64,000 bases of DNA from an uncultured cyanobacterium (GCA_963793425.1 CAWCAG010000009.1:448001-512000), one strand, 5' to 3'. Numbered from the stretch's first letter, positions 1 to 10,467 are shown. Translations and numbers: made by a program. The notes: a model not told the origin generated them from the letters alone.

Positions 1-253
1 AACCGCGACGTATAACTAAATTGCTATGATGTGATCGCCATGATTTCCTTAGATCAATTAAACTTTCTAAAAGAAATTGGGTGCGAAAAGAACCAGTTTT
101 GGAGAAGCCAAAGGAGGTTGTAGCAAATTGTCGAGGATCGAAGCAATAAAGAGGGATTAATAAAGATGTTTCTGCTTCAGCCTCAATAGTTTTGAAAGGT
201 GGATAATCCCCCATACGCAAGTCGTTACGATACCAAATTAAATGAGTTTTCAT
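1..253 (-). CDS. DASH-family cryptochrome / photolyase, N-terminal part (runs off the window start)
   Basis: Not in the ORF track. Manual translation from ATG at 253 gives MKTHLIWYRNDLRMGDYPP...LIPLYCFDPRQFATTSFGFSKTGSFRTQFLLESLIDLRKSWR. The W.RNDLR and PLYCFDPRQF...KTG.FR.QFLLES motifs are typical of Cry-DASH. Confidence 0.88.
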   Translation of the reverse strand, partial: MKTHLIWYRNDLRMGDYPPFKTIEAEAETSLLIPLYCFDPRQFATTSFGFSKTGSFRTQFLLESLIDLRKSWRSHHSNLVIRRG

Positions 254-290
254 TGATGTTGCAAAACAAGAGAGACGAGGAGATAAAATA

Positions 291-313
291 ATTAGCAATT
301 AGCAATTAGCAAC
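291..313. repeat. Heptamer short tandem repeat (TTAGCAA)n, cyanobacterial STRR-like
   Basis: attagcaattagcaattagcaa. Related heptamer runs at about 3880-3906, 5373-5437, 9384-9411, 43527-43543, 45833-45848 and 54355-54385. Confidence 0.7.
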
Positions 314-1035
314 TACCCAAGATGTTTTTCAAGAAATTCCTTAGTACGTTGATTAGCCAGGGTCGCGGCTTGTTGATCATAACTTTGTCCCCCAACCCGT
401 GCAAAACCATGATTCACATTACTGTAGGTGTAGAGGGTTACTCCGGGGTGATAATTAAAAGCATCTATAATTAAAGCACGGGCTTCTGGGGGAACAAATT
501 CATCTTCTTCTGCTAAATGGAGAATAGTCGGCGTTTTGATGCTAGCAAGTTCATCAAGGCTATTTTCAATTCCTACACCGTAATAACTAATATCACAATC
601 TGTATTTGTACGGGATGCCATCAAGTAGGCAAGCTTACCTCCTAAACAATAACCAACGCTGCCAACTTTTCCGGAACAATTGGGCATACTTCTAATGGTA
701 TTGAGAGTTACCACCAAATCATCTATACCTTTGTCTTCGCTAAAACCCTCGTACAACTCCAAAGCCTGCTGTCCTTCTGCTTCAGATTGATCGCTAAGCT
801 GAACTCCTGGTTCTTGTCGCCAGAATAAGTCTGGTACTATGACCAGATAACCTGCCTCAGTATAGGAATCTGCTAAGTCGCGCATCACTTGGTTAACACC
901 AAAAATTTCCTGGATCAAAATTAACCCTGGGGCAGCTTCAACGGCGGGTTTAGCTAAATAAGCCTTAAAACTGCCACCATCGACAGCTTTGATCATGATT
1001 TCTTCACTGTTCATATCATTGTTTCTTTGTAACAC
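313..1035 (-). CDS. Dienelactone hydrolase family protein
   Basis: IQEIFGVN, PDLFWR, GYCLGG nucleophile motif, HGF. True start probably ATG at 1014. Confidence 0.92.
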   Translation of the reverse strand: MLQRNNDMNSEEIMIKAVDGGSFKAYLAKPAVEAAPGLILIQEIFGVNQVMRDLADSYTEAGYLVIVPDLFWRQEPGVQLSDQSEAEGQQALELYEGFSEDKGIDDLVVTLNTIRSMPNCSGKVGSVGYCLGGKLAYLMASRTNTDCDISYYGVGIENSLDELASIKTPTILHLAEEDEFVPPEARALIIDAFNYHPGVTLYTYSNVNHGFARVGGQSYDQQAATLANQRTKEFLEKHLG

Positions 1036-1090
1036 TCTCCAGGGTCTAGGTTATAACATTTATCATTAAACATTTGTCATCTGTAGTTAT

Positions 1091-2605
1091 ATGCGTTATT
1101 CATCCTTAATTTTATTAAGTTCTTTATTACTCCTTTTTCCTCATCCCACAACAGCTAACCAGGAAATAGAAAGAGAAACTTGGTTGGTACAAAGCCGCAG
1201 TCAAGCTAACTTTTGGCCAACTTCTGAAAACTTAATTCAAAAACAACTATCCATCCTTGCCCATGTAGAAACTGCCTTCGGTAGTCCGGAATATAATCAA
1301 GTTAATTCTGCTAAGGCTAGTTTGCTTTTACATTTAGGTAAAGTGGAACGCTTCTTGAAAAGCCAGTATCCACAACCAGAGTTGTTATGCTTCAACCGCA
1401 GTGATGGTTTAATATCTCCTTCTAGCTTAAATTCTCAACAAACCCAGGTTTATTGTACTCTCTACAAGTCCTTAGTGCAGCTAGAACCCATTGTTAAGTT
1501 GCTTGAGAGGCGCTTACCTTCCCTCTCTGCTTTGGCAACTGCTGATCCCCTTCCTGCTACTAATGAAGAGTTACCGAGGGATTTGTTACGTAGTTTTCCC
1601 TTTGATTTTGATAGCCCTGTACCATCACGATTTTATCGGGTTGAAAATTTCCCTCAACAGGAAACTGTTGTTGTGGATGGGGAAAGGAAAAAGCCCATCG
1701 CAGACTACAATCCCCCCTTACAACCTGCTTTACCCGGCATTCCGGGACAAGCTGTATTAGCTTTGGAAACAACCCGTAAACAGTTGTTAGAGACTCAACC
1801 CCTTTTCCCCTACGAGGTGAAATTTCGGGAATTTGCTAACAATGAAGAAGTAATTAATGATCTTCGTTACGGACTTTTACCCCCAGAACCCAACCTTTAT
1901 GCGGAGTTTCTCCAGCAACCCAATACAGGAATTATCCACATTCTCTCAGCAGAGGCCCATAATCCTAATCGCTTAAGGAATCGTTTAAAAGACCCTGTGG
2001 TTAATCGTTTTCCCTTAGCTGCTTTAGTACCGCCTAAAAAGAAAGATTTTGTACCCCGCTTAAATCTCCAAATTCAGGGAGACAATTTTGAGGTGATGAT
2101 GCCGGGATTAAATTATGGTTTCATGGTGGATCTCGGAGATGTAGCCATGGAAAATTTAGTTCCAGAAAAGGAAGAGAATCTCTTACGCAATTTTTCTTTT
2201 CTAACTCAACCGCAAAAAGAACTGTTCTTTAACTATCGTCCCCCAGAACAAATCAAAACCATCAATGAACATAAACAACGCTTTATTTTAGGGCAGAGGG
2301 CCGCAAATTTAGGAATTTTGCCCATACCAGCAGTAACTCAATTACCAATTCAACGCAACCATACTTATTTGCTACGTTTAGTACAATACGAACTCCCGGA
2401 AGCTTTAGTTACAGGAGAAGCAATAAGAAGAAGCGATCGCCGCTATCTTTCTGAAACTTTTGATGTTCCTAGCAGTGATTTATTATTAGCATTTCGTCCT
2501 GTACATCGGCGTATTGACGGAACCTATACGGTTCTTTGGCAAGTGATTAAAGAGTTTGATGATCCGCAGATTGTGGACTTGGAAGATTATGTAGAATTGG
2601 AGTAA
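1091..2605 (+). CDS. Hypothetical exported protein
   Basis: 504-aa ORF with an N-terminal signal-peptide-like segment; no recognised catalytic motif. Confidence 0.7.
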   Translation: MRYSSLILLSSLLLLFPHPTTANQEIERETWLVQSRSQANFWPTSENLIQKQLSILAHVETAFGSPEYNQVNSAKASLLLHLGKVERFLKSQYPQPELLCFNRSDGLISPSSLNSQQTQVYCTLYKSLVQLEPIVKLLERRLPSLSALATADPLPATNEELPRDLLRSFPFDFDSPVPSRFYRVENFPQQETVVVDGERKKPIADYNPPLQPALPGIPGQAVLALETTRKQLLETQPLFPYEVKFREFANNEEVINDLRYGLLPPEPNLYAEFLQQPNTGIIHILSAEAHNPNRLRNRLKDPVVNRFPLAALVPPKKKDFVPRLNLQIQGDNFEVMMPGLNYGFMVDLGDVAMENLVPEKEENLLRNFSFLTQPQKELFFNYRPPEQIKTINEHKQRFILGQRAANLGILPIPAVTQLPIQRNHTYLLRLVQYELPEALVTGEAIRRSDRRYLSETFDVPSSDLLLAFRPVHRRIDGTYTVLWQVIKEFDDPQIVDLEDYVELE

Positions 2606-2642
2606 TTCTTTTGAGTAGTCGAAAAACTTTTCAATCTGTTAT

Positions 2643-3338
2643 TCAATTACTATCAAAAAGCAACGACATCAATACTCTTCTCCATTTCTTGACTACACGA
2701 ACGTAAATTATTAAATCCCCCAAACCATCAGCAACAGCGCCAGAACAGCGAATTAATTTATTTTGCATCCTTGGGTGGAGAGAAATTGAAAGTTGTGAAT
2801 CTTTTTCAGGATGTTGTATTTTGATTGTTTCTTGATTTTGTAATTGACTCTCAATAACAACGATTTCGGTATGAAGATTTAAGGAGTCGTCATATTTATG
2901 ATAGTGATTATTTCTTATTTGAGGAGGTTGATAAACTTTGAGCAACCAAGCGATCGCGATACCCAAAAGAATCAAAATACCGAGAAATAACCACGCCAGA
3001 AAATCAGTACTTAATGCAGGAAATATCACAGATGTTAAGACTGTTAAGATTGCTGTTACTAATGGTACTGCTACGATTGCTAGTAAAGAGAGAATGCCTA
3101 CAATATAGGTATTCTTAACTTGCTTCCAAGAAATTGGAACTTTAAGAACTCTATATTTATCTACAGGAAAAAACAAAAACTTCTCAGTTATTCTCCTAGG
3201 AAATACTCGGAAAGAACGTAGAGGTACAATAGGGAAGAAAATGAAGATGATCCATTCCGTAGTAACATAGGAACCATCCTGATTAAATTCTCTTTTACCG
3301 TAGAAATTTGTTCCGATGCCATTAATGGAGAAGGGCAA
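2643..3338 (-). CDS. Hypothetical membrane protein
   Basis: 231-aa ORF. N-terminal GIGT.FYG...TTEW..F.FFPIVPL segment, two further hydrophobic helices, and a soluble C-terminal tail. Confidence 0.65.
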   Translation of the reverse strand: MPFSINGIGTNFYGKREFNQDGSYVTTEWIIFIFFPIVPLRSFRVFPRRITEKFLFFPVDKYRVLKVPISWKQVKNTYIVGILSLLAIVAVPLVTAILTVLTSVIFPALSTDFLAWLFLGILILLGIAIAWLLKVYQPPQIRNNHYHKYDDSLNLHTEIVVIESQLQNQETIKIQHPEKDSQLSISLHPRMQNKLIRCSGAVADGLGDLIIYVRVVKKWRRVLMSLLFDSN

Positions 3339-3390
3339 AGTTTTGACCTCTACTTCTTCAATATTAAAAGTTAGTATAACCCCAATAAAA

Positions 3391-3503
3391 GAATTGCTAA
3401 GTAATCTTTATAAAAATTTGATAGGTAGAATGTTTGTCTCCCTTGTTTATCTTAAATAAAGCTCCCAGCCCCACTCCAACAGAATATTATTTTTGAGATT
3501 GAG
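3391..3503 (-). repeat. Dispersed non-coding repeat, copy C (partial)
   Basis: gaattgctaagt..ctttat.aaaa.tt...gtttg.ctccc.tgt...ccccactccaacagaatatt..ttt...agattga aligns by eye with 50421-50540 and with the reverse complement of 21225-21335. Confidence 0.75.
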
Positions 3504-3910
3504 ATAGTTCTGGACTTGCCACCAAGATAACCGAAAGGGATTTTAATTGACATTAATTGTTATCTTAACTATTTCAAATTTAGTCGAAGGAGATTGACCA
3601 TCTGAACCTGTACTAAGTTTAAGTTCCACATAATCTGTATTAAACTGTTCTTAAGATAACTTTATAAAAAAGCCAACAAATTGCTAATGTTTAAATAATT
3701 AAAAGCTTAACGAGAAGAAAGAGAAGTTTTACTTATTGGTTTTAATTTAAACAAAAGTATTGCTTCTGCTTGGTACGCTTTCCTTCTTGACATGATATTC
3801 TGTATATGGTGAAAAAGGTGCGTTCTTAAAAAGCAGTTTTCAAAACTATTTTTGCCTCAAGAAGCGATTGCGCTTAGGTTCAATGTTTAATGCTTAATGC
3901 TTAATGAAAA

Positions 3911-3970
3911 GGGCGGGTTATAGGTCAAGTTTTGGTAGGGAATGGACATTAATTCAAAACAAACCCGCCC
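3911..3970. repeat. REP-like palindrome GGGCGGGTT...AACCCGCCC just downstream of pdhC
   Basis: Perfect 9-bp inverted arms at 3911-3919 and 3962-3970. The same arms occur at 33261-33314. Confidence 0.7.
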
Positions 3971-3976
3971 AATCTA

Positions 3977-5257
3977 CTACAAAGTTAAAGATTGAGGATT
4001 GGTTTCAATTAAAATGGCTAAATCCTTCAAGAAAGCTGCCGCATCAGCGCCATAAATAATACGATGATCGCTAGTCATATTAACCTGCATTTGATTCTTC
4101 ACTCCCATCATGCCATCAGAAGTTGCCACAACCGTAGGACGAGATGCACCAATAGCAAGAATCGAACCCTGTCCAGGAGGGAGGATGGCATCAAAGCGAT
4201 CTACACCAAACATACCTAAATTAGAAAGGGTGAAAGTACCACTGTTATACTCTTCCGGTTGCAGTTGTTTGGAACGAGAACGGTTAACTAAATCCTTCCA
4301 AGTACGGGAAAGAGAATAAATATCCATTTCATCTGCACCTTGTAAAACGGGGGTAATCAACCCTCCATCAGGCATCGCTACTGCTACAGCAACGTTAATT
4401 CCTGAACTATATTGAATCGCTTGTTCCCCATAACTGGCATTAACCACAGGATGATTTTTTAAGGTAACAGCTACGGCTTTGGCTAACAAGGCAGTCATAG
4501 TAACTCCCTTGGGTTTAATTTGTTTATAAAGCTTATCTAACTCGTTGGTGGTGATGGTATAACCAACTCGGAATACAGGAGTTTGCAAACTCGCCAACAT
4601 ATTATTAACCACAGCCTTTTGCATGGTATTCATCGCTACCTGTTCCCCCGCAACAACGGCAGGATTAGGGGTTTGAGGGGCTACTGTAGTTACGGTTGGG
4701 GTAGGAGGTGTAGCAACGGGAGTAGGAGAGGCTGAAGGTGCAGCAGCAGGTTTGCCAACAGCAGATTCCACATCAGTAGCCACAATTCTTCCATAAGGAC
4801 CGCTACCTTGCAAGCCCTTGAGTTCAACTCCTAATTGTTTAGCCAATTTACGGGCGCGAGGAGAGGCAACAGTACGGCCATTCTGATTAGCGGTCGAGGT
4901 TGTAGCCGGGGCAGCCGAAACTTCTATTGGGGCAGGCTTAGAGGCTTCTGGAGTGGCAGTCTTAGTTGCAGTGGGGGCAGAAGCACTAGCCTGTTGTTTT
5001 GCTGCCTCAATCTCTTCTTGAGTTTCTGCTAATAAGGCGATCGCATTTCCTACGGGGGCATCATCTCCTGCGGCGACGATAATAGTTGCCAAATAACCTT
5101 CATAGAAAGATTCAACGTCCATATCGGCTTTATCCGATTCAACAACCACCACGGTTTCACCTTTCTCCACTTTATCTCCTGGGGATTTTTCCCAAGAAAC
5201 AATTTTACCTTCGGTCATGGTGGAACTCAGGGCGGGCATGAAAATTTCGTGGATCAT
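3977..5257 (-). CDS. pdhC: Pyruvate dehydrogenase E2, dihydrolipoamide acetyltransferase
   Basis: Lipoyl domain MPALSSTMTEG...ESDKADMDVE, E3-binding ASPRARKLA, catalytic DHRIIYG. Start placed at MIHEIF (5257). Confidence 0.96.
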   Translation of the reverse strand: MIHEIFMPALSSTMTEGKIVSWEKSPGDKVEKGETVVVVESDKADMDVESFYEGYLATIIVAAGDDAPVGNAIALLAETQEEIEAAKQQASASAPTATKTATPEASKPAPIEVSAAPATTSTANQNGRTVASPRARKLAKQLGVELKGLQGSGPYGRIVATDVESAVGKPAAAPSASPTPVATPPTPTVTTVAPQTPNPAVVAGEQVAMNTMQKAVVNNMLASLQTPVFRVGYTITTNELDKLYKQIKPKGVTMTALLAKAVAVTLKNHPVVNASYGEQAIQYSSGINVAVAVAMPDGGLITPVLQGADEMDIYSLSRTWKDLVNRSRSKQLQPEEYNSGTFTLSNLGMFGVDRFDAILPPGQGSILAIGASRPTVVATSDGMMGVKNQMQVNMTSDHRIIYGADAAAFLKDLAILIETNPQSLTL

Positions 5258-5452
5258 GGGGCGGTTTTCCGAGTTGAGGTAAGTAAGGTTAAACAATTAA
5301 AACCAGATCGTATTTTATCTCGATCTGGCTTTAATTGGTGAAGACGGGAGCAGTTGTCAAACTTAATCCCTATTAGCAATTAGCCGTTAGCCGTTAGCCA
5401 TTAAACATAATCAATGTTCAATGTTTAATGTTTAATGAGCAATAATCAATGT

Positions 5453-5902
5453 TCAAATGTCCCCACGAATTTCTTCTACAACTCCGTCACGAACCAATAT
5501 TTCGACGTTTAACTTAGAAACGAGGTTATCTCCTACTTCAAGGCGAAAAAAGCTTTCCATTTGTCCTTGGGCGACTTCTTGGTCTAATTCTAAAACCTGT
5601 ATTTGTTGCAGTTGCTGAAGAAACTGATTTTTTTGTTCAAGTATTTCACTCTTTTTTTGATTAACCTGGTTTTGAATACTATCAATTTGCTGATTAACTT
5701 GGGGACCGGGGGGTTGGATGCTTTGTTTTTTGATTTCGGCGATCGCCTTTTGCCCTTGCATATCCAACTGTTGGAGTTGATTATCAATTTTATTGATTTG
5801 GTCTTGCAGTTGTCGCTGCACTTCTTCTTTCCACCGGGGTGTAACAATTACTTTAAGGTTAATTGGGCGCTTTAATAGTAAATTTGATTTAGTTTCATCC
5901 AT
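5453..5902 (-). CDS. YlqD family protein
   Basis: LLLKRPINLKVIVTPRWKEE, a coiled coil, then GDNL...VEILVRDGVVEEIR; lies between aas and pdhC. Confidence 0.85.
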   Translation of the reverse strand: MDETKSNLLLKRPINLKVIVTPRWKEEVQRQLQDQINKIDNQLQQLDMQGQKAIAEIKKQSIQPPGPQVNQQIDSIQNQVNQKKSEILEQKNQFLQQLQQIQVLELDQEVAQGQMESFFRLEVGDNLVSKLNVEILVRDGVVEEIRGDI

Positions 5903-5979
5903 TAGTTTGTATCCTTTGTAATCATTTTCGAGGTGGTGATTGGCAACTGGTCTAAATCAACCAGTAACCAAACAATTGC

Positions 5980-7929
5980 TCAATTAAACATTCCGTCAAT
6001 CATATCGCGATAGCGTTCCCTGGCAACGGGACGGCGAATTTTTAGGGTTTGGGTCATCAGACCGTTTTCCTGGGAAAATGGTTCTAGAATAAGCTTGAAA
6101 GGGCCGATGCGGTCATCGGAGCGATAGCCTGGACGATCTTTGACCTCTCGGTTTAACTCTTGCCTGATCAACTTACCTACTTCTTCAACTTCATTCAGGT
6201 CAATTTTCGCTTCCTGATGAGATTCGGGTATTTCTAGAGAAAGGTTTTCTCGCACCGCCCATTGTTGTAGTGCTTCTAGGTTAGGAACAATTAAAGCCCC
6301 CAGGGAACGTTGATCTTGCCCTAATAACATAATTTGGTCTATATAAGCACTTCTGGCACAAGCATCTTCGATAGGTTGGGGTTCGATGTTTTCTCCGTTG
6401 GTAAGTACTATCGTATCTTTAGACCTTCCCGTGAGGACAATGTTATTGTTGGGGGTCAAAAAACCTAAGTCTCCGGTATCAAACCAACCTTCAGCATCAA
6501 TAGCTTTGGTGGTAGCTTCAGGTTTTTTGTAGTAGCCCTGCATAATCTGAGGTCCCCTGACTAAAACTAAGCCTTGTTGCCCTGTAGGTAATTCCTGACG
6601 GGTGGTGAGATCAACAATGCGAGTTTCTGTACCTGGTATGGGTAACCCCGAAGAGTAACGTAGATTTCCCCATAAGCGACGGGCATGGGTAACAGGAGAA
6701 GTTTCTGTCAAACCGTAACCAACGAGAATAGGGACTTCAACGATTTCAAAAAAGTCTTCTAAATGTCTGGGTAAAGAGCCGCCACCGCTAATAATTGCTT
6801 TGAATTCTCCTCCTGTAGCTTGGCGAACTTTTTCATAAACAATTTTTTTACCTAAACTATGAACAGGAAGTAGTAATAAAGATTTAATTTTGGCGCTGAA
6901 ACGTTCCCAACCAGAATATTGAGATTTTTTTATACATAGTCCTGCTGCCACCCTTTTAGCAAGGATATATTCTTGGGAAACTTTAAAAAAGAAGTTAATT
7001 AATTTTTGCTTGCTTTCTGGTTGTTGTCGAAACTGTTTTTGTACCCCTTCATAAATAGATTCCCATAACCGAGGTACAGCCACCATATAATTAGGTTTAA
7101 TTTTTTGTAGGTCTGTTTTAATGGAGCGTTTATTCGTATAAAATTGTGTACAACCTTGAGAAAGGAAAAAGTATTCAGCGCTGCGTTCGTAGGTATGCCA
7201 AGTGGGAAGAATGCTTAAAACCCTGTCACCGGCTTGGGGTTGGATCACTGTCCCCAAAGTAGTAACTTGGTGGAGGAGGTTATTATGGGAAAGCATTACC
7301 CCTTTTGGTTTGCCTGTTGTTCCGGAGGTATAAAGTAAGGTAGCTAAGTCGCTTCTTTTTTTGGGAATAAGTTCAAAATCATAACTTTCTCCGGCAGCCA
7401 TTACTTGAGAGAAATTAAGAATTTTATCAGGGGTTTCTTCAGTAATAGTTTCATCGGAGAGTAAGACAATAAAATCCAAATTAAAATTAGCAATTTCTGG
7501 TTGTAATTGAGCCAAAGCCTTTTTGTTTTCAATAATTAAACTCTGGCTATCACTATCTTCAAGAATATAAAGTAATTCTTGGGAATCTGCCTGGGAAGAA
7601 CGAGCAACATTAGAAGCCCCAGCCATCATACTACCTTGGTCAGCAATAAACCACCGAGGACTATTATCAGCAAATAGAGCTAGCCGAGAATTACCATTAA
7701 TGCCTAAACTCTGTAAACCGGCGGCAAATTGTTTTAATTGCTGGTATAACTCCCTATAGGTTAAAACAACCTCTGGTTTGCTATGGAGGTCATGAAGAGC
7801 TACAGTATCAGCAAACTTTTGGGCTGCTAAGAGCCAAACTTCTGGGAGATATTCTACAGAAAAGTAATCTGCCATACCTCGAAGCAAGTTTTGTTCGTGG
7901 GGGGTAAGTTTAATCCTGTCGGGTAACAT
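5980..7929 (-). CDS. aas: Long-chain acyl-ACP/acyl-CoA synthetase (AMP-binding)
   Basis: YTSGTTGKPKG, GYGLTETSP, GWFDTGDLG, GENIEPQPIE. Confidence 0.9.
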   Translation of the reverse strand: MLPDRIKLTPHEQNLLRGMADYFSVEYLPEVWLLAAQKFADTVALHDLHSKPEVVLTYRELYQQLKQFAAGLQSLGINGNSRLALFADNSPRWFIADQGSMMAGASNVARSSQADSQELLYILEDSDSQSLIIENKKALAQLQPEIANFNLDFIVLLSDETITEETPDKILNFSQVMAAGESYDFELIPKKRSDLATLLYTSGTTGKPKGVMLSHNNLLHQVTTLGTVIQPQAGDRVLSILPTWHTYERSAEYFFLSQGCTQFYTNKRSIKTDLQKIKPNYMVAVPRLWESIYEGVQKQFRQQPESKQKLINFFFKVSQEYILAKRVAAGLCIKKSQYSGWERFSAKIKSLLLLPVHSLGKKIVYEKVRQATGGEFKAIISGGGSLPRHLEDFFEIVEVPILVGYGLTETSPVTHARRLWGNLRYSSGLPIPGTETRIVDLTTRQELPTGQQGLVLVRGPQIMQGYYKKPEATTKAIDAEGWFDTGDLGFLTPNNNIVLTGRSKDTIVLTNGENIEPQPIEDACARSAYIDQIMLLGQDQRSLGALIVPNLEALQQWAVRENLSLEIPESHQEAKIDLNEVEEVGKLIRQELNREVKDRPGYRSDDRIGPFKLILEPFSQENGLMTQTLKIRRPVARERYRDMIDGMFN

Positions 7930-8104
7930 AATTAATTTGAACTTATGGTTATTTAGTTCCTACCATATCTTCCCAGCAGTCAAAAAGGGAGCATGGGACA
8001 GACACCTTTACTTTTGTCTTTATGCCAGTGTACGACAGTAAGATTGGCATAATCTTGAATTATGTTGAAGAATTAAATTTCTGTAACGAAAAGGAGCAAC
8101 TACC

Positions 8105-8521
8105 ATGAATTCATTACCCCCTTATGTTTCCTATCTTGGTATTGGCGTTGCAGCAATCCTGGGTCTAATTGTGATTATTTGGGCTATTCTTGCTGCAAGG
8201 GTTTTTATGCTTACAAAAGGGCTTCCCAAGGTAATTACCGCTTTTTTTGCTTTGATAGTGGAAGGTGAAATCGACGAAGCATACCAGTCTACTACCAATG
8301 ATTTTAGAGCCAAAATACCGAAAAAGAAGTTTATTAAATTGATTAAAAATAACAAATTTAAACAATTTAAACGCACAACTATGGCTATGCCCAAGGTAGA
8401 AGGGGAGCGGGAAATTATTGATGTTACCTTAATCCTTAATTCTGGTCGAGAAATCCTTCTAGAAATGGCTTTTGCTAAAAAAGGTAAAGTTTGGAGAATT
8501 GATGATTTAAAGAAGAAGTGA
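8105..8521 (+). CDS. Membrane-anchored hypothetical protein (DUF4864/NTF2-like)
   Basis: N-terminal TM helix, then AYQSTT..FR...WRID. Confidence 0.6.
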   Translation: MNSLPPYVSYLGIGVAAILGLIVIIWAILAARVFMLTKGLPKVITAFFALIVEGEIDEAYQSTTNDFRAKIPKKKFIKLIKNNKFKQFKRTTMAMPKVEGEREIIDVTLILNSGREILLEMAFAKKGKVWRIDDLKKK

Positions 8522-8543
8522 TTCAACTTCAAACTTCAACCAA

Positions 8544-9374
8544 CTAAACCACTGTTCCTGTTAAAGGAGAACTAGCAGTAGCATAAGCTTTAATGGGAAT
8601 GCGTCCAGATAAATAAGCTAACCTCCCCGCTTCTGTTGCCAAACCCATCGCTTTAGCCATCGCTACCGGATTCTTAGCTAAGGCGATCCCGCTATTAATT
8701 AGTAAAGCATCTGCCCCCAATTCCATAGCATAGGCAGCCTCACTAGGACTACCAATTCCTGCATCTACTACCACCGGAATTTTGGCTTCTTCAATAATAA
8801 TTTCAATATTGGCAGCGTTTTTAATGCCCTGTCCCGAACCAATAGGAGAACCCAAAGGCATAACTGTTACACATCCCGCTTCCTCTAAACGCTTGGCTAA
8901 AAGAGGGTCTGCGTTAATATAGGGTAGCACAGCAAAGTCTTCTTTAACTAACTGTTCTGCTGCTTCTAAAGTACCAATAGGATCAGGAAGTAGATATTTA
9001 GGATCGGGAATTACTTCTAATTTGACAAAATTATTATCTTCTTGACCTAATAATTTAGCCATTTCTCGTCCCAAACGAGCCACCCTTACGGCTTCTTCAG
9101 GGGTTTGACAGCCCGCTGTATTCGGTAACATCCACACTTTTTGCCAATCTAAGGCTTCTGCTAACCCTTCATGTCCTGGTGCTTTGGTTTGAACTCGTCG
9201 CACCGCAACAGTAACTATTTCGCAGGCACTAGCAGTAATACTTTGTTGCATATATTCTAGGTTGGCATACTTACCCGTACCCGTCATCAAACGAGAGGAA
9301 AAGCTACGGCCAGCAATGGTTAGTACATCATCATTGCCTATGGTTGCGGTAGGAAAAATCGTCAGGGAAGGCAT
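8544..9374 (-). CDS. thiG: Thiazole synthase (stand-alone, not fused to ThiO)
   Basis: [41 protein letters not shown]. Confidence 0.96.
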   Translation of the reverse strand: MPSLTIFPTATIGNDDVLTIAGRSFSSRLMTGTGKYANLEYMQQSITASACEIVTVAVRRVQTKAPGHEGLAEALDWQKVWMLPNTAGCQTPEEAVRVARLGREMAKLLGQEDNNFVKLEVIPDPKYLLPDPIGTLEAAEQLVKEDFAVLPYINADPLLAKRLEEAGCVTVMPLGSPIGSGQGIKNAANIEIIIEEAKIPVVVDAGIGSPSEAAYAMELGADALLINSGIALAKNPVAMAKAMGLATEAGRLAYLSGRIPIKAYATASSPLTGTVV

Positions 9375-9517
9375 AATTAAAATTGCTAATAGCTAATAGC
9401 TAATTGCTAATTGGAGAAATGTTAGTAAAGTCGATTAATAAAAATTAGAAAGTATGAATTCAAGACTAATTTAAGATGCTCAATTCATACTTTCTCTAGT
9501 TAGATATTTTAAGAAAA

Positions 9518-9886
9518 TTACCACAAAGCTCTTACTGGTTGTTGCTCTACTACCACTGGTGAGGGTGCAACGGCGGGAGAAGGAGTGACTACAGGGGCAG
9601 GAGTAGCTACAGGTTCAGGATTAATTACAGGTTCAGGATTAACCACTGGATCTGTGGTGTTGGGTTGTTGGGCAACGGCTGCTGGATCTTCTGTGGTGTT
9701 AGGTTGTTGCTCTGTTGCTTCCGGAGACTGGTTGGCTTGCTCTGTAGATTCAACATTTTCATCAGGGGCAACTTGATTAGCGCTTCTATTAAAGCGATTG
9801 TTAGGGCGCAAAAATCCTAAAGCGGAGCCTACAACTATAGCCAAGGCTGACGCAATTAAGATAGCGCCAATTACTGTTTTGTTCAC
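9518..9886 (-). CDS. Small Pro-rich membrane-anchored or secreted protein ending PVRALW
   Basis: N-terminal hydrophobic helix, QQPNTT and NPEPV repeats, GTG start with upstream GAGG. Confidence 0.7.
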   Translation of the reverse strand: MNKTVIGAILIASALAIVVGSALGFLRPNNRFNRSANQVAPDENVESTEQANQSPEATEQQPNTTEDPAAVAQQPNTTDPVVNPEPVINPEPVATPAPVVTPSPAVAPSPVVVEQQPVRALW

Positions 9887-10017
9887 TGCTTGTTTCCTCT
9901 ATCCCTCTTTGATTTCTTTTTTCTTTCTTATTTTAACAATAACTCTTTTTTTCTTACTTATAGATTAACAAGCAGATAACTCTAAGCCAAGGAGAAACTT
10001 TTCTTGTTCTACTCCCT

Positions 10018-10467
10018 TTAGTGAGACAAATTCTGAGGTAAATATTTTTGTACAACACTCCATCCTGTCCAACTTACCCATAAAAAAGCCCAGAAGAGGG
10101 TAATGTTAGTGCTAATGTGGAGTGATCGCCCCCAAGATTTGCGGTTGATTTGAGTTGCGCTGCCTGCGGAGAGCAAAACTAAAGAAACTACTATCAGTCC
10201 CGCTACTAAATGCCAAGAATGCCCTAAGCTTCCATAGTGACCTATTGTTCCCACTAAACCGATCGCTAGTAGCAGTAGCACTAAAACGACCAGGATTGTC
10301 CCGGCAATGTAGTGAAAAGGGCGTAACCAAGAAGGACGAAGGCTTTTAGCTTTCCTACCATTAAAGAGCCAAAAGCCACTTATACCTAGTACTAAATAAG
10401 CTAAGACAGATAAACTCATTGACCAAGCTGCAATTTTCCAAAGCCAGAGAAAAGAAGGTAAATTCAA
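10018..10467 (-). CDS. DUF4079-like membrane protein
   Basis: Four TM helices with spaced His residues (RPFH, GHSWH, RSLH); N-terminus LPSFLWLWKIAAWSM. Confidence 0.75.
   Translation of the reverse strand: MNLPSFLWLWKIAAWSMSLSVLAYLVLGISGFWLFNGRKAKSLRPSWLRPFHYIAGTILVVLVLLLLAIGLVGTIGHYGSLGHSWHLVAGLIVVSLVLLSAGSATQINRKSWGRSLHISTNITLFWAFLWVSWTGWSVVQKYLPQNLSH

Noticed and set aside
3520..3800. Possible coding fragments on the minus strand (e.g. EQFNTDYVELKLSTG...), and similarly 19030-19213 on the plus strand
   Set aside because: They look like debris of a former gene but I could not assign a family, so they are not reported as features.
9375..9517. TPP riboswitch upstream of thiG
   Set aside because: The region is AT-rich with heptamer repeats and lacks the CTGAGA...ACCTGA core.
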